Origin: an uncultured Actinomycetes bacterium
Lineage (GTDB): Bacteria; Actinomycetota; UBA4738; JBBDTT01
DNA length: 64,000 bases
Assembly: GCA_963742735.1 (NCBI GenBank)
Contig: CAVUMN010000003.1
Coordinates: 384,001 to 448,000, forward strand
Reading direction: 5' to 3'
The translations under genes and the position numbers were made by a program. The notes under the pieces are model-generated. The model ran no database searches. It saw nothing but the letters and a program-made list of their open reading frames with translations, and was not told the DNA's origin. Below, one piece after another: positions 19,384 to 28,748 of the stretch (within the stretch, counting starts at the first letter, position 1; the number at the start of each line of letters is the position of its first letter).

Positions 19384-20990
19384 GCTCCGACGTGATCGTG
19401 GTCGGTGCCGGCGGGGGCGGGCCGGTGGTGGCCAGGGAGCTCGCGGAGCGCGGGATCAAGGTGCTGATGCTCGAGGCCGGGCCGTGGCTCGACCCCGAGC
19501 GCGACTACACCCTGCTCGAGGACGACATGAGTGCGCTCGGCGACGGACGCCTGCGGTGGGGGCCCGGGGACCGGTCGAAGCCCCCGTGGGTCCGCCGCCG
19601 CGACGGCGTCGGGCTGATCCGCCAGCTCGCCGGAGTGGGCGGCACCACGCAGCACTACAACGGGATCTCCGCCCGCCCGTACCCGTCGGCGATCGACGGC
19701 CGGTGGCCCGTCTCCTACGCCGACCTGGTCCCGTGGTTCGAGCGGGTCGAGGAGTTCCTGCCGGTCTCGATGGTGGCCGACCTGGCCACCAAGGACGCGC
19801 TGTTCGCGGCGGGCTGCGAGGCGATCGGCCTGCCGAAGAGCGAGTCGAGGGACGTCGACGGCGCCGCGGTGTGGCGGCCGACGTACAACGCCATCCTCCC
19901 CATCGCGAAGATGACCCCGGACGGACCGCTCACCTACCCCGAGGTCGACGGCTGCACCATGTGTGGCCGGTGCATCGAGGGGTGCCCGAACCCGGTCGGC
20001 GCGCCCCTCGAGCGCAAGGCCAAGCGTTCGACGAACGTCAGCTACGTCCCCGCGGCCGTCTCCACCGGGAACTGCGAGGTCGTCCCCGACGCGTTCGCCA
20101 CCGCCGTCCTGTTCGAGTCCGGCGGCGATCGCGGCGCACGGGTCCGCGGCATCCGGTGGCGATCCACGGAGACCGGCGAGGACGGCGAGGCCGAGGCCCC
20201 GGTCGTCGTCCTGGCGGGCGGAGCCATCGAGTCACCGCGCCTGTACCTGAACTCGGGCCTGCCGAACGCGAACGACGTCGTCGGCCGGTACCTGACCATG
20301 CACCTGCAGGACTTCGTCACGGGCATCTTCGAGCGGGAGGTCCGGCCGGACGTGGGTCAGGTCACCATGGCGCGAGCGGACTTCCCCGGCGAGGCAGGCA
20401 CGCTGTTCACCCAGGGGGTCGGGCCCCAGTCGTTCGCGCTGATCATGAACGCCGGGAAGGGCTTCTGGGACGAGCCGGTGACCGGCGAGCCGTGGGAGAC
20501 GGTCGGGCGGGGATGGGGCGCCGACGCGGCCCGGCGGGTCGCGGACTACCCCCGGTCGCTCACGCTGGTGGTGTGCACCGACGACGAGGAGGCCCCGGAG
20601 AACCGCGTGACGATCGCCGACGACTGGGGCGCCGACGAGAACGGGCCGGTGCCCAAGGTGACCTACCATCCGACGCCGACGTCGGTGCAGCGCCAGGACT
20701 GGCTGGCGCGCAAGGGCGCCGAGATCCTCCGCGCGGCCGGTGCCCGAACCGTGCACCGCACGAACGTCCAGCCCGCGTACCTCACCCACATCATGGGGAC
20801 GCTGCGGATGGGCGCGGACCCGGCGACCAGCGTGGTGGACACGGGCTGCGAGGCCCACGAGGTGGGGGGCCTGTTCGTCGGCGACAGCGCGGCCCTGGTG
20901 AACGGGCTCGGCGGGCCGAACCCCACGCTCACCCTCCAGGCCCTCGCCGCGCGGACCGCGGACCAGATCGCGACGCGGTACTTCGGCTAG
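19380..20990 (+). CDS. GMC-family flavoprotein oxidoreductase with Cys cluster
   Basis: DVIVVGAGGGG, LEAG, GVGGTT, CTMCGRCIEGCP, HIMGTLRMG, NPTLT. Confidence 0.9.
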   Translation: MSSDVIVVGAGGGGPVVARELAERGIKVLMLEAGPWLDPERDYTLLEDDMSALGDGRLRWGPGDRSKPPWVRRRDGVGLIRQLAGVGGTTQHYNGISARPYPSAIDGRWPVSYADLVPWFERVEEFLPVSMVADLATKDALFAAGCEAIGLPKSESRDVDGAAVWRPTYNAILPIAKMTPDGPLTYPEVDGCTMCGRCIEGCPNPVGAPLERKAKRSTNVSYVPAAVSTGNCEVVPDAFATAVLFESGGDRGARVRGIRWRSTETGEDGEAEAPVVVLAGGAIESPRLYLNSGLPNANDVVGRYLTMHLQDFVTGIFEREVRPDVGQVTMARADFPGEAGTLFTQGVGPQSFALIMNAGKGFWDEPVTGEPWETVGRGWGADAARRVADYPRSLTLVVCTDDEEAPENRVTIADDWGADENGPVPKVTYHPTPTSVQRQDWLARKGAEILRAAGARTVHRTNVQPAYLTHIMGTLRMGADPATSVVDTGCEAHEVGGLFVGDSAALVNGLGGPNPTLTLQALAARTADQIATRYFG

Positions 20991-21334
20991 GCGCTCTTGC
21001 GCCCCGCCCGGCGGTTGATCGCGGCGAGCAGCTGGGCCTTGTTCATCCGGCCGCGTCCCCGGATTCCCATGTCCTTGGCTTCCTCATAGAGCTGGTCCCG
21101 GGTTCGCCCGCCCGGACCACGGTGCGATCGGAGACCGCCCCGTCGGCCCGAGGAGATGTCCTCCAGGGACGCCCTCGATGGCCGGCGGGCTTCCCCGGCC
21201 CGAGCTCGTTCCTTGTTGACCGTCCGAGCGGCGATCTCCTCGGCGACCTCGGCGGGCCGGCCCTGTTGCTTCAGACCCTTCTTGATGTGCTCGTACTGGC
21301 GTTCCCGCTTCGCGCTCCACGCTCGCACCGGCAT
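20987..21334 (-). CDS. Small basic protein (family often annotated 'plasmid stabilization protein'; Rho-N-like C-terminus)
   Basis: KRERQYEHIK, EIAARTVNKERAR, TRDQLYEEAK..GR.RMNKAQL; GGAGG SD. Confidence 0.75.
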   Translation of the reverse strand: MPVRAWSAKRERQYEHIKKGLKQQGRPAEVAEEIAARTVNKERARAGEARRPSRASLEDISSGRRGGLRSHRGPGGRTRDQLYEEAKDMGIRGRGRMNKAQLLAAINRRAGRKSA

Positions 21335-21414
21335 CCTGGCCTCCTTCCGGCGTCTCCCGTCGGGACGATTCCCCCGGAGGGAGGGGTTGACACCGCCGGC
21401 CGACTATGGTCTGC

Positions 21415-21445
21415 TTCGGACTAGTCCTAAGCAAACTAGTCCGAA
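21415..21445. promoter_or_regulatory. Perfect 11-bp inverted repeat, putative PadR operator
   Basis: TTCGGACTAGT-N9-ACTAGTCCGAA, ending 10 nt before the PadR ATG; TTGACA at 21387-21392. Confidence 0.65.
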
Positions 21446-21455
21446 AGGAACCAGG

Positions 21456-22022
21456 ATGGCGGAGCGGGCCGGCAACCGGGCGAACCTCCCCGAGGTTCCG
21501 ACCACCGCCTACGCGATCCTCGGCCTGCTCACCTTCGGGGAACAGTCGGGCTACGACCTCCAGAAGCTCGTGGAGCGCTCCGTCGGCCACTTCTTCGACC
21601 CGGCCAAGAGCCAGATCTATGCGGAGCTCAAGCGACTCGTCGCGGTCGGGTTCGCCAAGGAGCGCCACGTGCGGCAGGACGACCGTCCGGACAAGCGGAT
21701 GTACTCGGTGACGCCGGACGGGGAGCGAGCGCTCCGGGCGTGGCTGGCCGAGCCGCCCGGCGAGGAGTCCTTCCGGAGCCCGTTCCTCATCCACGTGTTC
21801 TTCGGACACCTGATGGACCGCGAGACCCTGGTGGCCCAGATCCGGGAGCACCGCGACCAGGCCGTCCAGACGCTGGCCGAGCTCCAGGTGACCGAGGCCG
21901 AGATCAAGGACGCCCCGGTCGCCCGCTTCCCGTACATCACGCTCCGTGCCGGGCTGAGCGAATGCCGCCACACCATCGAGTGGGCCGACGAAGTGCTGAA
22001 GGAGCTGGAGGTGGAGCCATGA
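21456..22022 (+). CDS. PadR-family regulator (AphA/Vir-activator C-terminal type)
   Basis: YAILGLL, SGYDL, SQIYAELKRL, RPDKRMYSVT. Confidence 0.9.
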   Translation: MAERAGNRANLPEVPTTAYAILGLLTFGEQSGYDLQKLVERSVGHFFDPAKSQIYAELKRLVAVGFAKERHVRQDDRPDKRMYSVTPDGERALRAWLAEPPGEESFRSPFLIHVFFGHLMDRETLVAQIREHRDQAVQTLAELQVTEAEIKDAPVARFPYITLRAGLSECRHTIEWADEVLKELEVEP

Positions 22023-22969
22023 GCGAGGACGTCGCGGTTGAGGTTCGGGACCTGGTGAAGATCTTCAAGGCGCCGGACGGGGGGACCCTGACCGCCGTCG
22101 ACGGCGTGTCGTTCGAGGTCCGGCGGGGCGAGGTGTTCGGCTTCCTGGGACCCAACGGCGCCGGCAAGACCACCACCCTGGAGATCATCGAGGGCCTGCA
22201 GTCGCCGACGTCGGGATCCACCCACGTCCTGGGGCTCGACTCGCAGCGCGACCGCGGCCGGATGAAGGAGCGCATCGGGGTCCAGCTCCAGGCCGGTGCG
22301 TACTTCGACTTCCTGACCCTGCAGGAGATCCTGGAGCTGTTCGGCTCGTTCTACCGAACCCAGCTTCCCGCCGAGAAGCTCCTCGAGAAGGTCGGGCTCG
22401 TGGAGAAGCGCAAGGCGCTGGTGAACGAGCTCTCCGGGGGCCAGGCCCAGCGGTTCTCGATCGTCGCCTCGATGGTCAACGACCCCGACGTGGTGTTCCT
22501 GGACGAGCCGACCACCGGCCTGGATCCGCAGGCCCGCCGCAACCTGTGGGACTTCATCTCCTGGATCCGCGAGGAGGAGGGCAAGACGGTCGTGATGACC
22601 ACCCACTACATGGAGGAGGCCGAGGTCCTCTGCGACCGGGTGGCGATCATCGACCAGGGGAAGATCCAGGCCCTCGATACTCCGACGGGGCTGGTTCAGG
22701 ACCTTCCGAGCGCGTACCGGATCCGGATCGAGTCGGCGGCGAAGGTCGACGCTCGGCTGCTGAAGCGCCTTCCCACGGTCGCGGAGGTCATCGAGAGCCA
22801 GAACGGGGTCCACCGCTACGAGCTGCACGTGGCCAGGGCGCAGGAGGCCCTGTCTCCGCTCATGGACCTGGTGAACGAGAAGGGCATCGAGCTGGACGAC
22901 CTGCGGGTCATCCCGGCGACGCTGGAGGACGTGTTCCTCTCGCTGACCGGCCGCAGCCTGAGGGAGTGA
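22019..22969 (+). CDS. ABC-2 exporter ATP-binding subunit
   Basis: GPNGAGKTT, LSGGQ, FLDEPTTGLD, TTHYMEEA. Confidence 0.93.
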   Translation: MSEDVAVEVRDLVKIFKAPDGGTLTAVDGVSFEVRRGEVFGFLGPNGAGKTTTLEIIEGLQSPTSGSTHVLGLDSQRDRGRMKERIGVQLQAGAYFDFLTLQEILELFGSFYRTQLPAEKLLEKVGLVEKRKALVNELSGGQAQRFSIVASMVNDPDVVFLDEPTTGLDPQARRNLWDFISWIREEEGKTVVMTTHYMEEAEVLCDRVAIIDQGKIQALDTPTGLVQDLPSAYRIRIESAAKVDARLLKRLPTVAEVIESQNGVHRYELHVARAQEALSPLMDLVNEKGIELDDLRVIPATLEDVFLSLTGRSLRE

Positions 22970-22974
22970 GGTCG

Positions 22975-24063
22975 ATGGGCAAGCTGTTCGTCTCGAGCGT
23001 GAAGATGCTCTACCGCGACAAGCAGGCCCTGTTCTGGGCGATGGCGTTCCCGGTGATCTTCGCCGTGGTGTTCGGCCTGTTCGACTTCTCCCAGGCGCCG
23101 GAGGTCACGATCGGCGTGGTCGCGGAGCCGAGGTCCGAGGCCTCCGTCGCGCTGACCAAGGGCCTCGAAGAGATCGACTCGTTCACCGTGGAGTCCCGCG
23201 ACGATCTCGAGGCCGCGCGGCGCGAGGTCGTCGACGGCGACCTGGGGATGGTGCTCGTGGTCCCCGGCGAGAACCCGAGCCTGCGAGGCCGGGTGGGCCG
23301 GGGCGGGGAGATCCAGGTCGTCTACAACGAGTCGAATTTCGAATCGAACCAGTTCGCCCTGTCCGCGATCGAGCGGATCGTGGACGGGCTGAATCTCCAG
23401 TTGGCCGGCGTGGACCGGCCGGCGTTCGCCGTCGAGGCGGAAGCGGTCAAGGGACGCTCGCTCGAGTACTACGACTTCCTGCTGCCGGGGCTGGTGGCCA
23501 TGGGGGTCATGAACTTCGCGATCACCGGCATGGCCATCTCGATCTCGCGGTACCGGGAGCAGCGGATCCTCAAGCGGATCCTGGCCACGCCGCTGCGGCC
23601 GGGGAAGTTCCTGGTCGCCCAGGTCCTGGCCCGGCTCGTGCTCTCGGTGTTCCAGGCCGGCCTGATCCTGGCGGTCGGTGTCTTCGCGTTCGGGGCGAAC
23701 GTGTACGGCAACATCCTGTGGATCTTCGTGCTCGCGACCCTGGCGAACCTGGTGTTCCTCAACATCGGCTTCGCCGTGGCCGGCCGAGCCGCGAATCCGG
23801 ACGCCGCGCAGGGCATCGCCCAGGCCGTGGCGCTGCCGATGATGTTCCTGTCCGGCGTGTTCTTCCCGACGGACACCCTGCCCAACGTCGTCCAGGCGGT
23901 CGTGAAGTGGCTGCCGCTCACGCCGCTGCTCGAGGCGCTGCGCAAGGTCTCGGTGGACGGCCTCTCGATCACCGACACCGGACCCCAGATGCTGATGCTC
24001 GGTGGCTGGGTGATCGTGTCGTTCTTCCTGGCGACGCGGTTCTTCCGGTTCGCCCGGGCGTGA
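22975..24063 (+). CDS. ABC-2 exporter permease with extracytoplasmic loop
   Basis: FW..FP, YYDFLLPG, ILKRILATP, MFLSGVFFP. Confidence 0.9.
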   Translation: MGKLFVSSVKMLYRDKQALFWAMAFPVIFAVVFGLFDFSQAPEVTIGVVAEPRSEASVALTKGLEEIDSFTVESRDDLEAARREVVDGDLGMVLVVPGENPSLRGRVGRGGEIQVVYNESNFESNQFALSAIERIVDGLNLQLAGVDRPAFAVEAEAVKGRSLEYYDFLLPGLVAMGVMNFAITGMAISISRYREQRILKRILATPLRPGKFLVAQVLARLVLSVFQAGLILAVGVFAFGANVYGNILWIFVLATLANLVFLNIGFAVAGRAANPDAAQGIAQAVALPMMFLSGVFFPTDTLPNVVQAVVKWLPLTPLLEALRKVSVDGLSITDTGPQMLMLGGWVIVSFFLATRFFRFARA

Positions 24064-24181
24064 GGATCGAGTAGCGTAACGGGCTTCCGAGGGAGCGCCT
24101 GCGGCCTCTTCGCCCGCGTCCGGAGAGGGAATCGAGCCGCCGGTTCCACGGTTGTGACCGGCGAGGGAGGGAGGTCCCCAA

Positions 24182-25174
24182 GTGGCGAAACCTGCCATCA
24201 AGGCCGAGGGCCTGGTGAAGGTGTTCGGCGACGTGCGGGCGGTCGACGGGGTGGACCTCGTCGTCGAGGAGGGCACGATCCTGGGCCTGCTCGGGCCCAA
24301 CGGTGCGGGCAAGACCACCACGATCCGGATGCTGGCGACCCTGATCCCGCCGGACGGCGGCACGGCCACCGTGGGCGGGTTCGACATCGTCCGCGACGCT
24401 CACGCGGTGCGCAGCGTGATCGGCCTCGCCGGGCAGTACGCGGCGGTGGACGAGCTCCTGTCCGGCCGCGAGAACCTGTACATGATCGGGCGTCTCCTGG
24501 GGCTGTCGAAGCGTGCGGCCCGCGAACGGGCGGACGAGCTGCTCGAGCAGTTCGACCTCTCCGACGCCGCGGCGAAGATCGCCAAGCAGTACTCGGGCGG
24601 CATGCGCCGGCGCCTGGACCTGGCCGCGAGCCTGGTGGGCCGGCCGGCGTTCCTGTACCTGGACGAGCCCACCAGCGGGCTGGACCCCCGGAGCCGCCTG
24701 CAGCTGTGGGAGCTCATCAAGGGGCTCGTCTCGCAGGGGACCACCGTCCTGCTGACCACCCAGTACCTGGACGAGGCCGACCGCCTGAGCGACCGAATCG
24801 TGGTCATCGATCACGGCCACGTGATCGCGGAGGGAACCTCGGCCGAGCTCAAGGCACAGGTCGGAGGACAGGTCGTCGAGGTCCAGCCGTCCAACGTCCT
24901 CCACCTCACGAAGGTCGAGAAGGTGCTGGCGCAATTCGCCGAGCCGCCCGGCTCGCTGCGCGTGGAGGACGACCGGGTGAGCGCGGCCGTGACCCATCCG
25001 TCGGTGCTGGCCCAGATCGTCCTGGAGCTGGAGAAGGCGAACGTCTCGGTCGAGGACCTCGCGCTTCGGCGGGCCAGCCTGGACGAGGTGTTCCTGAAGC
25101 TGACCGGGCGGCCGGCCGAGTCCGGGGAGGACCAATCCGACGCGCAGCCCGACCGCGAGAGGAGCCTGGCATGA
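24182..25174 (+). CDS. DrrA-like ABC exporter ATP-binding subunit
   Basis: GPNGAGKTT, GQYAAVDE, YSGGMRRRLDLA, TTQYLDEA. Confidence 0.92.
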   Translation: MAKPAIKAEGLVKVFGDVRAVDGVDLVVEEGTILGLLGPNGAGKTTTIRMLATLIPPDGGTATVGGFDIVRDAHAVRSVIGLAGQYAAVDELLSGRENLYMIGRLLGLSKRAARERADELLEQFDLSDAAAKIAKQYSGGMRRRLDLAASLVGRPAFLYLDEPTSGLDPRSRLQLWELIKGLVSQGTTVLLTTQYLDEADRLSDRIVVIDHGHVIAEGTSAELKAQVGGQVVEVQPSNVLHLTKVEKVLAQFAEPPGSLRVEDDRVSAAVTHPSVLAQIVLELEKANVSVEDLALRRASLDEVFLKLTGRPAESGEDQSDAQPDRERSLA

Positions 25175-25974
25175 GCGCGACGACGGTGCAGCCGACGCGA
25201 CGGCTGGGGATCGGGGCGGCCGTTCGCCACACCCTGACGATCATGCGCCGCAACCTGATCCGGATTAAGTCGGACCCCGAGCAGTGGACGGGGGCGACGA
25301 TCCAGCCGCTGATGTTCCTGACCCTGTTCGTCTACGTCTTCGGCGGGGCGATCGCCGACTCGAGCAAGCAGTACCTGCAGTTCGCCCTGCCGGGCATCCT
25401 GATCCAGGGGATCTCGTTCTCGGGGTGGAACGCGGCGCTCGGGCTGAACAACGACTTCGAGCACGGCCTCATCGACCGGTTCCGCTCGCTGCCGATCGCC
25501 CGCTCGAGCGTCGTCGCCGGCCGGATCGCGGCCGACGCCGTGCTGATCATCTGGGGCGTCGCGGTGATCGTCGGCTTCGGGACGCTGCTCGGGTTCCGGT
25601 TCGGCGGATCGATCGCGGGGAACCTGGGCTCGATCCTGCTGGTGTGGGCGTGGGGCATCACCGTGTGCTGGCCGCTGGCGTTCATCGGGGTCAGCGCGAA
25701 GAGCCCCCAGGCCGTCAACACGGGCGCGTTCATGCTGGTCCTGCCGCTCACGTTCGCGTCCTCGGTGTTCGTGCCGACCGAGACGATGCCCGGATGGCTG
25801 GCGTCCTTCGCCAACGTGAACCCGATCACCAAGGTCACGGACGCGGCGCGCGCGCTGATGCTCGGCGATGGGCCGGTCGGGGAGCCGCTCTTCCACTCGG
25901 TGCTGTGGATGATCGGGATCATCGCCGTGTTCGCGCCGCTCGCGGTGTGGCGCTACCGGAAGCGCGCGATCTAG
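25171..25974 (+). CDS. DrrB-like ABC-2 permease
   Basis: QPLMF..LFVYVFGG, IDRFRSLPI, FASSVFVP..MPGWL. Confidence 0.9.
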   Translation: MSATTVQPTRRLGIGAAVRHTLTIMRRNLIRIKSDPEQWTGATIQPLMFLTLFVYVFGGAIADSSKQYLQFALPGILIQGISFSGWNAALGLNNDFEHGLIDRFRSLPIARSSVVAGRIAADAVLIIWGVAVIVGFGTLLGFRFGGSIAGNLGSILLVWAWGITVCWPLAFIGVSAKSPQAVNTGAFMLVLPLTFASSVFVPTETMPGWLASFANVNPITKVTDAARALMLGDGPVGEPLFHSVLWMIGIIAVFAPLAVWRYRKRAI

Positions 25975-27068
25975 CCGAGCAGCGCGCGCAGGAGGGCGTC
26001 CAGCCCGTCGGGTGAGCCCGCGATGCTGTGCCCCATGTCGGGGACGCGCTCGTAGGTGACGTCGGGCGAGCCGCCGGCGCGGAGCCGGGCGACGTAGTCC
26101 TCGGCGTGCGGCGCGATCCGGTCGCGTTCGCCGACGATCACGTGGATGCGGGTGGCCGGGTGGGTGTAGTCGCGCCCGCCCAGGTCGACGCTCGCCGCGT
26201 CCCACTCCTCCGTGAACGAGGGGTCGTGGGTGACGCACGGCCCGCCGCCGCCGCGGAACCCCCACGACGTGTCGATGGTCTGGACGCTCGCGCCCTCGTA
26301 CCAGTACGCGCGGAACGCCGGATCGCGCAGGCATCCCTTCGCCAGCGCGGCGTGGGGCGGTCCACCGGTGGGGATGAGGACGTCGACCAGGTCGTCCAGG
26401 CCGTAGACGTCCATCGCGTACGTGATCTGCGACGCCCCGCCGCTGTTGCCCGTCAGGCAGAACCCGCACCGCCCGGGCCCGGGCTCGGGCGCCCCGAGCG
26501 GCGCGTAGACGTCCCCGTGGATCGTCCGGATGAGCGTGGCGGACCGGCACGCCAGGAGGTGGGGGCCGGCCCGCTCGCCGCGGGCCGCGCCCAGCCACTC
26601 GTCCTTCCACCGGACCTGGACGGCCACCATGCCGGCCTCCCGGATGTCCTCGAGGAAGGCGCCCGTGGAGCCCTCGTCGGCCCACCAGCCACGCCCGCCC
26701 CCGCCGCTGAAGAAGACGACCAGCCCGCGTGCGACGCCCTCGGGGGCCGCGATCGCCAGCGTCACCCGGGCCTCCTCGTGGACGCCCGGGCACGCGATCG
26801 CCAGCTGGCGGCAGTCGAACCCGGCGGGACACCCCGGGAAGTCGAACCGGTCGGGCCGGGCCGTGCCGAGCGGGAGCGGCTCGCGCTCCTCGAGATCGGT
26901 GGGGATCGGGCCGGGCGACGTGGTTCCGCGGAGCGGCGGCTGCGGCTGAGGGCCCGGTCCCGAGCCCGGTCGAACGGCCACGTAGGTGATGAGACCGGAC
27001 AGAAGCACTCCGGTCAGTCCCGCCAGCGCGAGCTGCATCGGGGTGAGGGCTCGGCGCTCGGCGGTCAT
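25971..27068 (-). CDS. Membrane-anchored Cys-rich alpha/beta-hydrolase-like protein
   Basis: N-terminal TM helix and Pro linker; FFSGGGG, GNSGG elbow, VGERD, C-terminal MGH. Confidence 0.6.
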   Translation of the reverse strand: MTAERRALTPMQLALAGLTGVLLSGLITYVAVRPGSGPGPQPQPPLRGTTSPGPIPTDLEEREPLPLGTARPDRFDFPGCPAGFDCRQLAIACPGVHEEARVTLAIAAPEGVARGLVVFFSGGGGRGWWADEGSTGAFLEDIREAGMVAVQVRWKDEWLGAARGERAGPHLLACRSATLIRTIHGDVYAPLGAPEPGPGRCGFCLTGNSGGASQITYAMDVYGLDDLVDVLIPTGGPPHAALAKGCLRDPAFRAYWYEGASVQTIDTSWGFRGGGGPCVTHDPSFTEEWDAASVDLGGRDYTHPATRIHVIVGERDRIAPHAEDYVARLRAGGSPDVTYERVPDMGHSIAGSPDGLDALLRALLG

Positions 27069-27105
27069 GGCGTCCCATCTTCCCAAAGGCTGGGAAGCTG
27101 ACTCC

Positions 27106-28701
27106 ATGCTGGAGACGGCCGACCTGCACATCGAGATCGGACGGAGGGTCCTGCTCTCGCGCGCCTCGTTCCTGGTGGGCCCGACCGACAAGGTCGGGCT
27201 CGTCGGGGTGAACGGGGCCGGGAAGACCACGCTGATGCGGGTGCTCGGCGACGCGGCTCCCGCCAGCGTGACGACCTCCGGCGAGGTCCGCGTCCGCGGG
27301 TCCATCTCCTACCTGCCGCAGATCCGTTTCCTGGCCGAGGACGAGCGCGACCTCAACGCGCTCGAGTACGTGTCGAGCGCCCGCCGGCTGGACGAGGCGT
27401 CCCGGGTGATGTCCGAGACGCTCGCCCGCGTCGAGGCGAACCCCTCGCTCGGGAACGTCCAGCGGTTCAGCGACGCCGAGGAGGCGTTCCGGAACGCGGG
27501 CGGCTACGCGGCCGAGGCCGAGATCCGCCGGCTCCTGGCGGGGGTCGGGCTTCCCGCCGATCGGCTCGAGCGGCCCCTGGCGACGCTCTCGGGAGGGGAG
27601 CGCCGCCGGGTCGAGCTCGCCCGGACGCTCTTCGCGGGCGCCGACACCTTGCTCCTGGACGAGCCGAGCAACCACCTGGACGCGGACGCGAAGGCCTGGC
27701 TCATGGCGTTCCTGCGCGGCTACCGCGGGGCGGTGGTCGTGGTCAGCCACGACCTGCACCTGCTGGACACCGCGATCACCCGCGTCCTGCACCTGGAGGG
27801 GGGCGAGCTCGACAGCTACAAGGGGACGTACTCGGAGTACCTCTCCGCGCGAGAGGCGGACGCGATCCGTCTCGGCCGCGTGGCTCGAGGGCAGGCCGCC
27901 GAGATCGACCGCCTGAAGCGCCTGGCGGACAGCATGCGCCACAGCACCCAGACCCGAGCCCGCAAGGCCAAGACGCTCGACTCGCGCGTCGAGCGGTTGG
28001 AGCGCGACCAGATCCAGGTCGCGGCCGCCCCGCGCCGCGTTCGGTTCCGGCTCCCGGAGCCGCCCCACGCGGGGAACCGCATCCTCCGGGCCACGGACCT
28101 GCGCAAGGCCTTCGACCGGGAGCTCTTCGAGGACGTCTCGCTCGACGTTCGCAACGGAGAGCGCCTCCTCGTTATCGGGCTGAACGGGGCGGGCAAGACG
28201 ACGCTGCTGAGGATCCTCGCGGGACGACTGGCCCCCGACGCGGGCGGCTTCGAGCTCGGGACCGGCGTTCGCCTCGGCTACTACGCCCAGGAGCACGAGG
28301 ACCTCACCCCGGGGAAGACCGCCCTCGAGCACCTTCGGGGCGGGGCGCTCACGAGCGAACAGGAGATGCGCTCGCACCTCGGCATGTTCACGCTGCGTGG
28401 CGACGCCGCCTTCCAGGACGCCGACACCCTCTCGGGCGGGGAGAAGACCAAGCTGTCGCTGGCCCAGCTCATGACCGGCGCCTACAACCTGCTGCTGCTC
28501 GACGAGCCGACCAACAACCTCGACCCCGCCTCGCGGGACGCGATCACCGCCGCGCTGTCGTCCTGGGCGGGGACCATGATCCTGGTGAGCCACGACGAGG
28601 AGTTCGTCGCCCGGCTCGAGCCGACGCACGCGCTGATCATGCCGGAGGGCGACAACCAGCCGTGGTCGGCGGAACTGCTCGACATCGTGGGCTTGGCCTG
28701 A
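27106..28701 (+). CDS. ABC-F family ribosome-associated ATPase
   Basis: Two NBDs (GVNGAGKT/LSGGE/LLDEPSNHLD and GLNGAGKT/LSGGE/LLDEPTNNLD), no TM segments. Confidence 0.93.
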   Translation: MLETADLHIEIGRRVLLSRASFLVGPTDKVGLVGVNGAGKTTLMRVLGDAAPASVTTSGEVRVRGSISYLPQIRFLAEDERDLNALEYVSSARRLDEASRVMSETLARVEANPSLGNVQRFSDAEEAFRNAGGYAAEAEIRRLLAGVGLPADRLERPLATLSGGERRRVELARTLFAGADTLLLDEPSNHLDADAKAWLMAFLRGYRGAVVVVSHDLHLLDTAITRVLHLEGGELDSYKGTYSEYLSAREADAIRLGRVARGQAAEIDRLKRLADSMRHSTQTRARKAKTLDSRVERLERDQIQVAAAPRRVRFRLPEPPHAGNRILRATDLRKAFDRELFEDVSLDVRNGERLLVIGLNGAGKTTLLRILAGRLAPDAGGFELGTGVRLGYYAQEHEDLTPGKTALEHLRGGALTSEQEMRSHLGMFTLRGDAAFQDADTLSGGEKTKLSLAQLMTGAYNLLLLDEPTNNLDPASRDAITAALSSWAGTMILVSHDEEFVARLEPTHALIMPEGDNQPWSAELLDIVGLA

Positions 28702-28748
28702 GCCGGCTGGGGTAGGGTTTCCGGAGACCGACCGAGAGGGGATTGCCC

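Noticed and set aside
20987-21334. 'Plasmid stabilization' protein as a sign of a toxin-antitoxin system or plasmid
   Set aside because: No partner gene and no RelE/ParE motifs; the context is chromosomal.
24811-28629. Very long antisense or alternate-frame ORFs (1272 aa here; also 14641-17220, 16268-18847, 61728-63899)
   Set aside because: Shadow ORFs expected at high GC; they overlap well-supported genes and lack family motifs.
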